Source: the human T2T-CHM13v2.0 reference genome, Homo sapiens
Strand: one strand, 5' to 3'
NCBI RefSeq assembly: GCF_009914755.1
Contig: NC_060935.1
Length of the DNA: 64,000 bases
How positions within the stretch are numbered: the first letter of the stretch is position 1; every line of letters starts with the position of its first letter. Below the pieces are notes generated by a model that had not been told where the DNA came from, did not search any database, and worked only from the letters and a program-made list of their open reading frames with translations. Below, one piece after another: positions 1 through 14,080 of the stretch. A program made the translations under genes and the position numbers.

Positions 1-628
<628 letters not shown>

Positions 629-805
629 TGTATATATGTTTCAGAATATATATATATTGTGTTCTATACAGTAATACTATATTAGTACTACAGTACACAT
701 ATTACATATGTGTATTAATATATATTACTATATTGGTATTATTCTGAAACTAAGTACATATATACATATGTATATATACATACACACATATACATGTGTA
801 TATGT
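629..805. repeat. (TA)n/(CATA)n low-complexity tract
   Basis: Seen directly in the sequence. Confidence 0.8.
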
Positions 806-1564
806 ACCTCAAATAAATAATTATGGTAACATATTTAGGAACCAAGTCTTTCAGTAGAAGAGGAGAGATATAAATATAAAATTGAATGAGTCAAGTGGAA
901 AATCCTGTAATCTTAAATTGGATTTAAAAAATTAATAAGTACTTAGGATGTATTTTCTTTAAAAATAAACATATTTCCTTGCTCTGCTCACTGAAAACGC
1001 CTGCAAGCCATGACTAACCCCAAAATAATAACCTTATCCTCAGATTGTGTTCTCTAAATAGAATTTCTAACTCAAGAAAGCCATGCCTCCTTGGATAAAT
1101 GATTATTTCAAGGCTGGGACAGGAAACATTGAAGGGGTCCTGGAACATTCTATTGTACTGGAAAGCGTGGAGCTATCACTGACCACAAGCATTGCCATCA
1201 AAAAGATCCAGGTGCCCACTTCAGTGTCCTCCCACTGGTCAAAGATGGGACAATTTTAACATAATGGCAACAATAATGATAATAGTAATAACTGCGATGC
1301 CACACCAAATATATTAAAATCTACAAGTTCATAATGCTAAAAAATGTGCAAATAAATACAACTAAATGAACACCTTTGTAAAATGCTAAGGAACCCACGC
1401 ATTGTGAAAACTGGTAAAGAAGAAAACTGAAGGCAAAGAAGTAAGTATTCGTTTTGCTTTTCCTGTTTAGACTGTAACTCAGAAATGTCAGCTAATTAAT
1501 GCAAAAGGAATATGACAACTAGAATATTACCATTTTGCAACCCGTAATAAAAAAACATCCAATT

Positions 1565-2010
1565 TCAGGCTAGAGCTTGAAGTCTACAGGGCAGGCAGCT
1601 GGAACTGGGGGATGGATGTAAATTGTGGAGAGCAAAACAAGCAGGAATTCATGAATTTGGACTGAGAGCTATGTCAGTTCTCTGATGTTGATGGTCTGGG
1701 TGTCCTGCAGAAGCCAGGGCTCTTTGCCCTGGGCTAAGCACACACACTAGCCCAAGTTGGGGAGAAGCTGAAGGAGTATGCAGGGGAAGGTGAGGGAGCT
1801 GCAGGCCAGCTGTGCCTCATGCCCACCAGAGGGGCCAGCAGATGTGCCCTGCATGTGTGACCTACCAAATGGCTACTGCCTCACTTCCATCTTCCAAAGC
1901 TCCCAAGAATCCCCCCACAGCTCATCTTAGCCAGAAACATATGGGAAAAGGGAACTCTGGGAAATACGGTCTGATCTAGCCAGGTAGACGTGTTAAAAAA
2001 ACCCACCATA
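1565..2010 (-). mobile_element. MLT2-type ERVL LTR fragment (MLT2D-like)
   Basis: End GGGAACTCTGGGAAATACGGTC...CTAGCCAGGTAGAC resembles the reverse complement of the MLT2 5' end. Confidence 0.6.
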
Positions 2011-2301
2011 GTCGTGGATGGCTGCTAAAGCCATTAGGCAAGAGGCTGCGGGGAGTTCTACAAGTAAAGGATTTCACTGGCACATTCTGAATCCACTGAT
2101 GGAAGTCATGTCACACAAATAGAAATGGCTTGTGTCTTATATCTCCGCCTGTGAAGTGACAGGAAGTACTCAACTACTCCGCAAAATAGCCTCACCAAAA
2201 AATCCAACTTGAATGGGATCTAGCCTCAGACTCCAACTGCAGTTTATAGGAAATACAGGGGAAGGAGAAAAATATTAAAGAACAGCACAGGCATATAGTC
2301 A

Positions 2302-2720
<419 letters not shown>

Positions 2721-3428
2721 GAAAAGATACTAGAAAGACATATCCACCAAAAACAATGGTTGAAACTTGTTTGACTCAATTCATATAAACCAACTTAAAT
2801 ATATAAATACACACAACATATATATATATATGCAGTATAAAGATATACACACATATGTGTTTATATATATGTATAGGTATACACACATATATAATGAATA
2901 AAAGTCATGCATGGCTTAACAACAGGGATACGTTCTGAGAAGTACATGGTTAGGCGATTTTGTCCTTGTGTGAATGTCATAGTGTGTACTTACACAAACC
3001 TAGATCTCACAACCTCCTACATACCTAGGCTATATGATATAGCTTATTGCTCCTGGGCTATCAACCTGTAGAGCATGTTACCGTACTGAACATTGTATGC
3101 AATTCTAACACGATGGTAAGCATTTGTATATCTAAACACAAATATGTATCTAAATTGTGTACCTGTTAATATTAATAAACACAAAAGGTATAGTAAAAAT
3201 AAGGTATAGAAGATTTTTAATAAGGAACACCTGTATAGCTCCACCTGATTGGAGCTTGCAGAACTGGAAGTTGCTCTGGGTGAGTCAGTGAGCAGGTGAT
3301 GAATGAATGTGAAGGCCTGGGACATTACCACACACCATCATAGACTTGATGAACGATGTCCACATAGACCACACTAAATTTATGTTTAAAAAACCACTTT
3401 TTTTGCTTTAATAATAAATCAGCCTTAG

Positions 3429-3735
<307 letters not shown>

Positions 3736-3752
3736 TTACTGTAACATTTTTA

Positions 3753-3910
<158 letters not shown>

Positions 3911-4583
3911 GAAACTTAAAAAACATTTCAACTCTTTTATAAGACTTAGTTTAAATTACAAACCTATTGTACAACTGTACAAAAATATTTTTCTCTATGT
4001 CTTTATTCTATAAGCTTTTTTCAATTCAAATTTTTTTCTTTTTAAACTCTTTTGTTAAAAACTAAGACGCAAACACACACATTAGCCTAGGCCTACGCAG
4101 AGCCTAGATCATCAATATCGCTGTCTTCCACTTCCACGTCGCGTCCCACTGGAAGGTCTTTAGGGGCAATAACATGCATGGAGCTGTCCTGTCCTAGGAT
4201 GACAATGCCTTCTTTTGGAAACCTCCTCAAGGCCCTGCCTGAGGCTGTTTCATAGTTAACTTTTTTTGTTTTTTAAGTAGAAGTAGTGTACTCTAAAATA
4301 ATGAAAAAAGTATAGCATAGTAAATACATAAACTAGTAACACAGTCATTTATTATCATTTTCAAGTATTATGTACTGTGCATAATTGCATGGCTATACTT
4401 TTATACGACTGGCAGTACAGTAGGTCTACACCAGCAGCACCACGAACACGTGAGGACTGCGTTGTGCTATGATGTTATGATGGCTGTGATGCCACTACGC
4501 AATAGAACATTTTCAGTTTCACTATAATCTTAGGGGACCACCTTTGTTTGTTTATGTGGTCCATCATTTTATGCGGCACATGA

Positions 4584-5049
<466 letters not shown>

Positions 5050-5165
5050 TAGGAATTAGGGTTTTCTTCCAAATAATCAGGGGGCAAGTGGGAGTATAAA
5101 TGAAAAGGGTTGTCCACATGTTGATAATCACTGAAGCTGGGTGATGGGTATCTGGACGTTCATTA

Positions 5166-5562
<397 letters not shown>

Positions 5563-5593
5563 TCATTTTGGAGATCAGAAATGGAGCACTGAC

Positions 5594-5694
5594 CATTCAT
5601 ACAAAACTTCATATTTCTCAGAACAGTTTCCCATTCCACAGCTTTATCATTGTGTTCTCTTGTTGCCTGTGAGTTAGGCATGTCAGGCATGAAG
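5594..5694 (-). ncRNA. Possible internal exon of the leftward transcript
   Basis: Minus-strand acceptor TTTTCTCATTCACAG| (alternative CTAACTCACAG| at 5666) and donor ATG|GTCAGT. Splice motifs only, no expression evidence. Confidence 0.2.
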
Positions 5695-6091
5695 CTGTGA
5701 ATGAGAAAACTGAAGTTATGAGACCGAATGATCTGTCACAGGTACTAAGCGGCCACGCTGGTGTTAGAACTCATGTCTATCCTTAGGCCACAGAGGCAGG
5801 AGCAAGGGCCTTAGGGAGACTGTCCTGGCTACAGACCGGGGTCCATGCTGGAGGAGTTGGAAATATGGCTGCTTACATAGTGGCATCAAATTAGGAAAAA
5901 GCTCAGAAGTCACAAAGAAAAGGTTAGACTAGTGTCAAAGGTAGATTATTTTTCTTTCCACACTATTGCCCCTTGCCCCACACTTCACCCTTCCCACATA
6001 CAAAGAAATATAGAAACAATTTTTTTTCTTTAGGCAGTGCAAAATGTTCAACTCTACTGCTTTTAAAATTAAGAAATGAGATTTTACAATC

Positions 6092-6388
<297 letters not shown>

Positions 6389-7336
6389 AGATTTTACAAT
6401 CTTATTCAAAAAAATGTATTAACACAAAAACCATTTCAATTATGTATTTTAGTCAAGGAGGATAAGAGGAGCAGGAAAAATGAAGGCAGGGGAGAGAGGT
6501 GGAAAGGGAGAAGATGAGCAGGGGAGACAGGAAGAAATATTTTGAGCAGAAGATTAGTGATGATAAACTATCCTTATTCTACTGCTGCTATTCACTTGCG
6601 CCCCAGGCTTCGAAATGGATTTTTGCCTATTATGTCTGTCCTTTGAAAATCAGGATAGCTGATTGTATCGTTAGCCTTTAGGAACCCAGACTTCTAGTGT
6701 GAAGGAAGAAAGTGTACATGTGCCGCTGGCCAAGGGCAGAGCACACACAGAGCCTTAAATGAAAACCAAGAAGAGCCAGGATTATTTTCTGCAAAATACA
6801 ATGTTGAGCAGAGTCCACCTCCCACAGGACGCAATGCCCTGCGGGTGACTTGACCACTGGGAAAGAAGGGCAGTGGCCAGGGTCCCCACACTCTTCATCC
6901 GGGGCCTGATATCATGAGGTCTGACTCAGTCTTCACTAGAAAACCCATTATCTCCTTGAGTCCCAAGTCTTCCTTGACCAAGAGCTGTGAATCACTAAAT
7001 TCTAGACGAGAAACAACCATTCCATTGCATATCAGTTTTTCCGTCCTAATTCCTAAATTTTAAAAATAATGTCTTCTCTGTATTAAAACCACACACATGC
7101 AGTCAATCACTAGCCAGAATAATGGTGCAACTTTATCAATAGCACTTTTAGGAGCTATCAAATACTTAGACGCTATCTCACTATTCTCAGGAGTTTGGTG
7201 CGACAAGATGCTTCTTCCTGTGTTGTGAAACACAGACTGACATGATGGAACTGAAAACGTATTTTTCAATGCCTAGAAGCGTCTATGCTTTATTACTTTC
7301 CTTCAGATAGAAAAGGTGAGAAACAGTGACATATAC

Positions 7337-7403
7337 CTTGCTTCATGGAATTACAATCCCTGGCAGTGATCACGTACACCTTCCTCAAAACGTTCTTTTG
7401 AGG
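7337..7403 (-). ncRNA. Candidate 67-nt internal exon of the leftward transcript
   Basis: Acceptor CTCTCCTCCCTTCCAG|, donor AAG|GTATAT, upstream GACTAAC branch-like motif; lies in non-repetitive DNA. Confidence 0.3.
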
Positions 7404-7887
7404 CTGGAAGGGAGGAGAGGCGATTCTCTTATTTGACAAAACGGAGAACAAAGCAATCGAGTTGTTAGTCAAAGTTCCCAAAGTATGTTAATGATGATAT
7501 TAAAATAATTTTACACTTTAACTGTATTGATCTGCAGACCAGAACTCTTTCCATTCATCCAAAAGACACATATTGATTTATTAATTTTTAGTGATTATTA
7601 GGAACTATTCTACCATCTGGGGGTGCAAAGATGGATATGAAAGACACAGCTCTTAGGAGAGGCAGAGAAGTAAACAAAAGGTTCAAAGGCTCCTTCCGTG
7701 AGGGTTTTGTTCCACTTCTCTCAGTCTCTGTGTTAGTGGAAGGTAAGGATAGGGGGGAACTGAAAGGCTAAAAACAGGGTTGAGAGCAGATGCCTGGGCT
7801 GCCTTGTGTAGCAGTCAGCACCTAGGGCAGCATGGGCCCTGGGAGATGTGGTTAGGAAAAGGCCATTTTCCTGATAGAGTAACCTGC

Positions 7888-8229
7888 TTTTTCTGAGACA
7901 GGGTCTCTCTTTCTGTTGCCCAGGCTGGAGTGCGGTGGTACAATCAGAGCTCACTGCAGCCTTGAATTCCTGGGCTCAAGTAATCTTTCTACTAGAGCCT
8001 CCCAAGTAGCTAGGTGTACAGGTGTGTGCCACCACACCTGGCACATTTGTGTGTGCCTGTGTGTGTGTGTTTGTGTGTGTATAGACAGAGTGTTGCTATG
8101 TTGTCCAGGCTGGTCTTGAACTCCTGGTCTCAAGGGGCCCTCCTGCCTTGGCCTCCCTAAGTGGTTTATAGGCATCCACTGGGATTACCCAGTGGGGTTA
8201 TCCACAGGCATGTGCCACTGTGCCCAGCC
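7888..8229 (-). mobile_element. AluJ-like with a (TG)n linker and a rearranged 5' region
   Basis: Antisense dimer. Confidence 0.9.
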
Positions 8230-8998
8230 CTGAAGTCAGCCCAGAATAGATGAGAATGAGCTATCTACTGATGAAACTACCTTGAGAGGTAGTTGTGAGT
8301 ATAATCCTGAGGAGTGGAGAGCAGGAGAACTACAACCAAGGGGACCAGAGAACCTTGAGGCTAAAGCTCAAACCAGACGACCTGCATTGCAGCCTGTCTG
8401 AAATCATGCAAGGAGGCAGGAAGGGAGTGTGCGTCCAGTCGTGTGACCCAGCCCTGACCCAGGCAGAGGGTGTCCTGAGACCTTCCCTTACAGGAGCCCT
8501 CCATGTGCCAGCATTCTGACCCATTTCAGGTGAGTTTCCTGTGCTGAAAATGAGCAGACATCTGTGATATAACCTTTTAACATGCTCCAATACCCTCATC
8601 CAATGCACCTTGCTTTGATCCCATCCCACCAAGCCACTGAAATTGGTTTATCCTATAGATTTTCATAGGAAAGAGGAGGTGCTGTCTCACAAATATGACC
8701 AATAACCACTCAGCAGTAATAAATCTGACTGTTACTTGACATGTCATCCCTGGTTAATATATTTTCTTGTGAACCTGATAGGTATGCATCAGATAACCAG
8801 GAAGGGAACTAGTAAAATCCAATTTTCAGGCCTGCAAAGCTGAAGACCAGAAATGGGACTTTCCAAGGTAGTTGTAATTTTCTTGGCCACCCTAGTTCTA
8901 TTATCTGGAGTGCTGTCTAACATTTAGTTAGGTGCTCAATAAATGTTACCATTATTACTACAAAAATATTCCTATTTGTTTGTTAGTTTATTTTTACG

Positions 8999-10805
8999 GG
9001 CCAGGCACGGTGGCTCATGCCTGTAATCCTAGTGATGGCAGCAGTGGCCCGTCTGGAGCAGCTGCTGCAAAGACACCTACTGCAAAGTGGGAGGCACAGC
9101 CGGAACTGCGCCCTCCATGGAGCAGGTGGAGCTGGGAACAGGTGGGAGGGAGCCCTGCCTCCTTCCGAGTTGGCAGGGTGGGAACCCCTCCCTCTGTGGC
9201 TGCAGACCCAGGGATCGCTGCGCTCTCAGGGACCTGGGAAGCCCCCCTTCCCCCGCAGGCTCAGAAGTACCTGCTCTGGCTGTCTGGTCTCTGCCCACTT
9301 TCAGGGCCTGCTCTGGGGTGGAGCAAAGTTGTGGCCGAGCCCAGGCGCTGCTGTGACCTGTCTGGGTGTGTGCACACTCAGGGTGGCACTGACACACCAG
9401 CCCCCAGCTGCCTCAGCCCCCTCCAGACTTTGGGCACTGATGAGCACAGGAGGGAGGCCAAGAAGGGGCCGAGGGTGGCTCAGCACAGGCCTGCAAGCAC
9501 CCCTTGGCATGAACAACCTGGGTGCTGCGGATGACATGTAGACAGCAGCAGGAGGCAGACAGGCTCCTGGGCGGAAAGGGGCCGGCCCCCAGTGAAGACC
9601 CACCCTCAAGCCCCAGATGGCCTGAAGCCTGGGGGTGGGAGTGTCAGGTCTGGGTGGAGTCCATGGCACAGAGTGAGAATTTATGGTGCTTTTTCTGGCC
9701 TGCCCATGGCTGTTCTTGGACCAATCAGCAGGCACTTCCTCCCTTCTGAAGCCCATAAAAACCCCCAGACTCAGCCAGACTCACAGAGACATCGGGACTA
9801 CCAGCTGTAGGAAGGAGCTACCAACTTAAGTTCTCCTGGACTGGTCAGGATGACCTGCCTGTGGAAAGGAGCTACCCACTTCAGGTCTTCTGAGAGCTGT
9901 TCTGTCGCTCAGTGAAGCTCCTCTCCACCTTGCTCACCCTCTAGTTGTATGTTTCTCATTCTTCCTGGATGCAAGACAAGAACTCAGGACGCTTCAGGAC
10001 TGAAAGAGCTGTAACACAAAGAGGGCCGAAACACACTCCTCCTTCTCCCCCACCCCAGTTAACCACGTTGCAGGTGATGAGAAGGAGAGAAGAGCTGCCA
10101 TTCTTTGGGGAGCCTGGACCTAGGGGCTCCCTGAGCAAAGGCTATGACACCATCTTTGGGGCTTCGTGGTTCCTGGCATCTCCAAGCTTCTGGGTGCCAC
10201 CATGTTCCCTGGTACCCACAGTGGAAGCTGCTTGTGGTACGCCTGGTCCAGCTGCAGCCTTGTGTGGAGCTGGTGCCTGTGCTGGCTCCTGGAGCTGTTC
10301 ACCCTGCTGCAGCTGGCATGCCTGGCTGTGCGCAGTGGCCAGACCCTGTGCTTGCTCACACACCCCTTGCTGTTCTGCACCTGACTTGCCCTTGGCAGGC
10401 ATGGGATCCAAGCTGGTAATGTGATCCAAGCACAGCTTGCAGGGCTGAGTGGCTGAAACGAGCCCAGTGGGCCCAAGCAAAACTCGGGCTAAGATGCCCC
10501 CGGCCACAGAGGTTTCCGGTTGGAAAAGTGACACCCTAAGGATCCTGTGACACCAGTACTTTGGGAGGCTGAGGCAGGCGGATCACTTGAGGCCAGGAGT
10601 TCGAGACCAGCCTGGCCAACGTGGTGAAACCCTGTCCACTAAAAATACAAAAATTCACTGTTTGTGGTTGTATGTGCCTCTAATCCCAGCTACTTGGGAG
10701 ACTGAGGCACAAGAACTGCTTGATCTTGGGAAGCAGAGGTTGCAGTCAGCCAAGACTGCACCACTGAATTCCAGCCTGGGTGACGGAGTAAGACTCTGTC
10801 TAAAA
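8999..10805 (+). mobile_element. Alu split by MER52 (8999-9032 and 10553-10805)
   Basis: Alu consensus stops at GTAATCCTAG and resumes at CCAGTACTTTGGGAGG. Confidence 0.9.
9033..10552 (+). mobile_element. MER52 (MER52A-like) ERV1 solo LTR
   Basis: TGATGGCAGC...CCTGTGACA with TG/CA ends; 4-bp TSD CTAG/CCAG; internal CCAAT box and CCCATAAAAACCCC. Confidence 0.88.
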
Positions 10806-11594
10806 ATATATATATATATTTATGGCCAAGGGAATTTTAAACACAGAAATACCACGTATGTTTAAGCCATTCATCTCTACATACCTGCAAAGTAGCATGT
10901 CCCTTGAAGGCAGGGACCTGACCCAATGCCCTGCACATACAGGTGCTCCCACTGGGTGCTGTTAATAAACAGCCTATCTGGTGCTCAAAGCTGCTAAATT
11001 ATGAAAGAGGAGACCAAGTCTGTCTTCTGTTCCTATCTCTCCTCTTCAGCATTTTCCTGCTTCTATTTGGATCCATTGTCTTCCCCTCTCAATACCCAAG
11101 TAGGCAGTTCGAGTTAAATTCCTACCTTCCTGAGAGTCCCTAAATCTGTGCCGCTCGAGCAGCACCCACACCGTATGTTTAACACTTCCCTGCCTGCCCC
11201 ATCACAGCCTGCACCATAATGTCCTATATCGTCATTGAAAAGGATGGAGAGGGAACAGCTAGGCAACTGTTACAGTAGGATAATAATTGGAAAGGAAGCC
11301 TAAATGCTAGCTTTCAGGAATGATGCCAGCAATTTTAAGGCAGTATAAGAAGTTTCAGTCTGATATGAGGGAGAGGGAGTTGTCTTGATTTGGAGAGATT
11401 TCTCCTCTCCCTTCTTCTTCACTCTAAAACCACAAGTCAATCTAGAAAAGTTGGTGGTGTGTAGTTTGGTAAATAAGTTCAGCCTTTGACATGAAGATTA
11501 ACCTGGTTTGACATTGATTGATTGATTTGACATGCAGATGACCTGAGATTGGTGCTCCTGTCAGTCTTAAAAACAAACAAACAAAAATCCCTAA

Positions 11595-11720
11595 GCTTTG
11601 AACTTGACCTAGTTGTTTACCACATGTGTGATTCCAGGCTAGCTTCCTGTCTGTAAAATAAGGGTAATTGTAATGCTTCCCTTTCCTATTGCACAGAAAT
11701 GTGACGATAACGTAAGCCAT
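11595..11720 (+). mobile_element. MIR fragment
   Basis: TTCCTGTCTGTAAAATAAGGGTAAT core. Confidence 0.55.
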
Positions 11721-12042
11721 TCTACATTCTAACTATGTGTGTGTTGGGGAGGGAGGGGGGAGGGATCATGTCTGTTTTGCTTCCTTTATTTCCATATTGT
11801 TTGGAAGATGCTCATTAATACTTGACTTAATGAACTGTCAGGTGGGATAACCCTTCCCTGTTCCTCCGTTTGGAGGGCAGATAGAACATGATGACTGGAG
11901 ATGCATGAAATGTGACTAATGTCTCTGTGTAATCAGGACTTGCAACACCCTGATTGCTCCTATCTGATTCTTTCTGAACAAAACAAAACAAAAGAAAAAC
12001 TTGACTTAATGAATAAATGGTGGAGTTGGGTGATTTCCACAT

Positions 12043-12188
12043 CATTGATGTCCAAGCTTTAGCGTGCATCAGGATCACCCGAGGGTCTTGTTCAGACTCG
12101 ACTGCCAAGACCCACCTAGAGAGTTTTTGGTTCAGGAAGCCTGGGGTGAGGCCCAAGAACCTGCATCTAACGACTTCCCGGTGTGCTG
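12043..12188. mobile_element. MER5A-type hAT-Charlie MITE
   Basis: GTGCATCAGGATCACC...GGGGTGAGGCCCAAGAACCTGCAT resembles MER5A. Confidence 0.7.
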
Positions 12189-12244
12189 TGGCGCAGCGGG
12201 CAGGGACGGAGGCGCCCAGGGGCAGGCGGCAGCACGGGAAGAGG

Positions 12245-12258
12245 CCAGCAGGTGGCGC
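12245..12258 (+). promoter_or_regulatory. CTCF core motif
   Basis: CCAGCAGGTGGCGC is an exact match to CCASYAGRKGGCRS. Confidence 0.7.
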
Positions 12259-12494
12259 GGTCGCCCAACCCGGCCGCCCCCCGGGCGCCGAGGGAAGCGG
12301 GTCAGGGGCGTCCCCACCTGCCCAAGCGCCGGCTCTCCCAGGCAGCAGGGGCGGCGGCGGCCTGGCTGGCTGCGCTGCAGAGCGGAGAGCAGGAGCGGCG
12401 TGGGAGGAATTCGGAGCAATTTCGCCGCCTGCCTCCTTTTACTGCTGGTTGCCCTCAAAGGAGCCCTCTCCCTCCACACGCGTTTGGGCCTTAC

Positions 12495-12560
12495 CAGCCG
12501 CCGGAAGCGGCGGCATCCATCCCAGCAAAGCGTGCATTCCATCCTCTGGAAAAAAAGTCT
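12495..12560 (-). ncRNA. Candidate first exon of a minus-strand transcript; 5' end uncertain
   Basis: Strong donor CTG|GTAAGG (GT at 12494-12493) inside the CpG island; a second AAA|GTAAGG near 12586. Confidence 0.4.
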
Positions 12561-12754
12561 TTGAGCTTCCTTTACAGTGACCTTACTTTGGGGACTGAAC
12601 CGTTGCGACTAAGAAAACCCCTCCTCAAGTTTAATGGAACGATCACATGACACGTGGTTGACGAAGCCATTCCCTCCTTGCTACTTGCCTTGTGTGATAC
12701 ACTGTCACGGCCCGGGCTTCTGGCTTGGTGGAGGGGACACCACCGCGGCTCCGG

Positions 12755-12884
12755 CTGCGGACTTCGGGCTCCTCCCCTGAGCCAGGCGGAGAGCGCTGCC
12801 CGCTTTAGAGAACTGTTAGGCGGCTGCCGGGCGACAACGCGGGAAAAGTGCCTTACACAGCGTAAGGGCTCAATCCACATTAAG
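12755..12884 (+). mobile_element. GC-shifted MIR 3' half inside the CpG island
   Basis: Ungapped alignment to the remembered MIR core; terminal GTAAGGGCTCAAT. Confidence 0.6.
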
Positions 12885-12964
12885 GAATTAGGCAGGAAAA
12901 AGTGTCAGTGAATAGCCAGTGACAGTCCCTTAGGGAAGAAATGAATTTGGGTTTAGCTGTCCAG

Positions 12965-13100
12965 TAGAACTCTGCTGTCTACACTATCCAGCACAGTGGT
13001 CCCTAGCCATAGGTGACCATTGAGCACGTGAAATATGGCAAGGGTGATCAGAGAATTGAATTTTAAATTGTATTTAATTTTCATTAAATTTAAAGTATTA
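12965..13100. mobile_element. MER3-type hAT-Charlie fragment
   Basis: CTAGCCATAGGTGACCATTGAGCACGTGAAATATGG...GAATTTTAAATT. Confidence 0.65.
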
Positions 13101-14029
13101 AACCGCACAGGTTTAGCAAAACGCCTTGCTGAATTGTGAAAAGATGTCCCTTAAGCCTTAGGGCATGGCTGGCAACGGATAAGAGGTAGTTAAATCTCTC
13201 TGCCTAAAAAGATATAGGAATTTTAGGGGATGGGGCAATCTGACTAGCAAGGAATGGAAGAGAGGTTGGGGGGAAAGGGCCAGAGGCATTGCGAGGAGTT
13301 AGTGACTAAGCCAATCAGAAAGGAAGTCAGTAAAACCCCTCTGGTGGCAGAAATGACTCAAGGGGAATTTAAAAACTGGAATGCGTAATATTCAGTCTGA
13401 AGTCGTTTACTGAGCAGCAGAATGATGTTACTTCTGTCTGTTGCCCGTCCCTTCAGAAATGTCTGCTTAACACAGAGCCTGGAGGTGGCAGCAATTAGGG
13501 AGTGACGAGATGACAAGATGTGGGGGTGTCCAGTGGGGGTGATTCGTTCACGAAAGGTGAGAGCAAATTCTGGAGGGAACAGGAGAGAGAGAAAGAATTC
13601 AGCACAGGTAGGATCTAGGGACTGAGAGACTGCGGTGATATTGTCAGGAGGACGCCTTTTCCGCTGCAGAGGGGATAGAGATTTTTGAACCACTTTTAAT
13701 TAAATCTTAAAGGTAACAGCAGCTCCAGCAAGTGGGAGGACTTGAACATCCAGGTCTTTGCTTCAAAGCATTTCTTCAGATTAATGCTTCCTGACTTAAA
13801 TAACCTCACAGAGCAGGCATCTCTTGAAGGGCCTCACTGCAGACTGCAGGTGTGAGTGAGAAAGGAGGCCAGGAGGGCTTGGGCAATGCTGCAGCAGGCA
13901 GACAGGAAGCAGAGGCACCGGTGTCTTGCTAAATTTATAAAGCGTAGCATCATTTTTTCTGGACTTTTGTCTCTCTCTGTGGTGTCTAGCAATAATGAAC
14001 CACTGTCCACCTGCTCCCAATTTCTGTAG

Positions 14030-14031
<2 letters not shown>

Positions 14032-14077
<46 letters not shown>
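14032..14077. repeat. (GT)23 microsatellite
   Basis: Counted directly. Confidence 0.97.

Positions 14078-14080
<3 letters not shown>

Larger units (their letters stand above)
12170..12860. promoter_or_regulatory. CpG island, probable promoter
   Basis: About 700 bp, GC-rich with dense CpG against a CpG-depleted background; GC boxes and ETS CCGGAAG at 12501-12507. Confidence 0.85.

Noticed and set aside
8932-10534. Cluster of 100-200 aa ORFs on both strands
   Set aside because: They lie in the GC-rich MER52 LTR, where stop codons are scarce; no recognisable domain.
12017-12911. Overlapping 100-187 aa ORFs over the CpG island
   Set aside because: Nearly all frames are open because of GC content, some start in MER5A, and none resembles a known protein.
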